From: Lama guanicoe
Taxonomy: Eukaryota
Assembly (NCBI GenBank): GCA_013239625.1
Contig: MU053758.1
Coordinates: 2,108,001-2,172,000 of the forward strand
Reading direction: 5' to 3'
Length of the DNA stretch: 64,000 nt
A program made the position numbers and the translations under genes. The notes below the pieces were generated by a model. It had not been told where the DNA came from, did not search any database, and saw only the letters and a program-made list of their open reading frames with translations. Of this stretch, positions 63,981 to 64,000 are shown piece after piece. Position 1 is the stretch's first letter. Each line of letters opens with the position of its first letter.

Positions 63981-64000
63981 GTACAGGCCGTACGAGAGGC

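Overview
Mammalian genomic DNA, probably camelid (inferred from four copies of a tRNA-derived Vic-1-like SINE), syntenic with human 17q12. Gene order: ARL5C (-; exons 1-5, last exon off-window), CACNB1 (-; complete, with an alternative first exon, alternative exons 7A/7B and two alternative 3' ends), RPL19 (+; complete, head-to-head with CACNB1) and STAC2 (-; 11 exons). Two results stand out. (1) From 59839 to the window end there is an intact, multi-exon CP2/LSF-family transcription factor gene. It is TFCP2L1-like but clearly diverged and lies outside TFCP2L1 synteny, so it is a candidate fourth LSF ohnolog not recognised as a protein-coding gene at the human locus. (2) STAC2 exon 2 carries a 106-bp tandem duplication that frameshifts the canonical exon, but the junction creates a new in-frame CAG splice acceptor; this is either a splice-rescued lesion or an assembly artefact. 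Exon coordinates were derived by hand from GT/AG boundaries and recalled protein homology; no database searches were run, and repeat boundaries are approximate.
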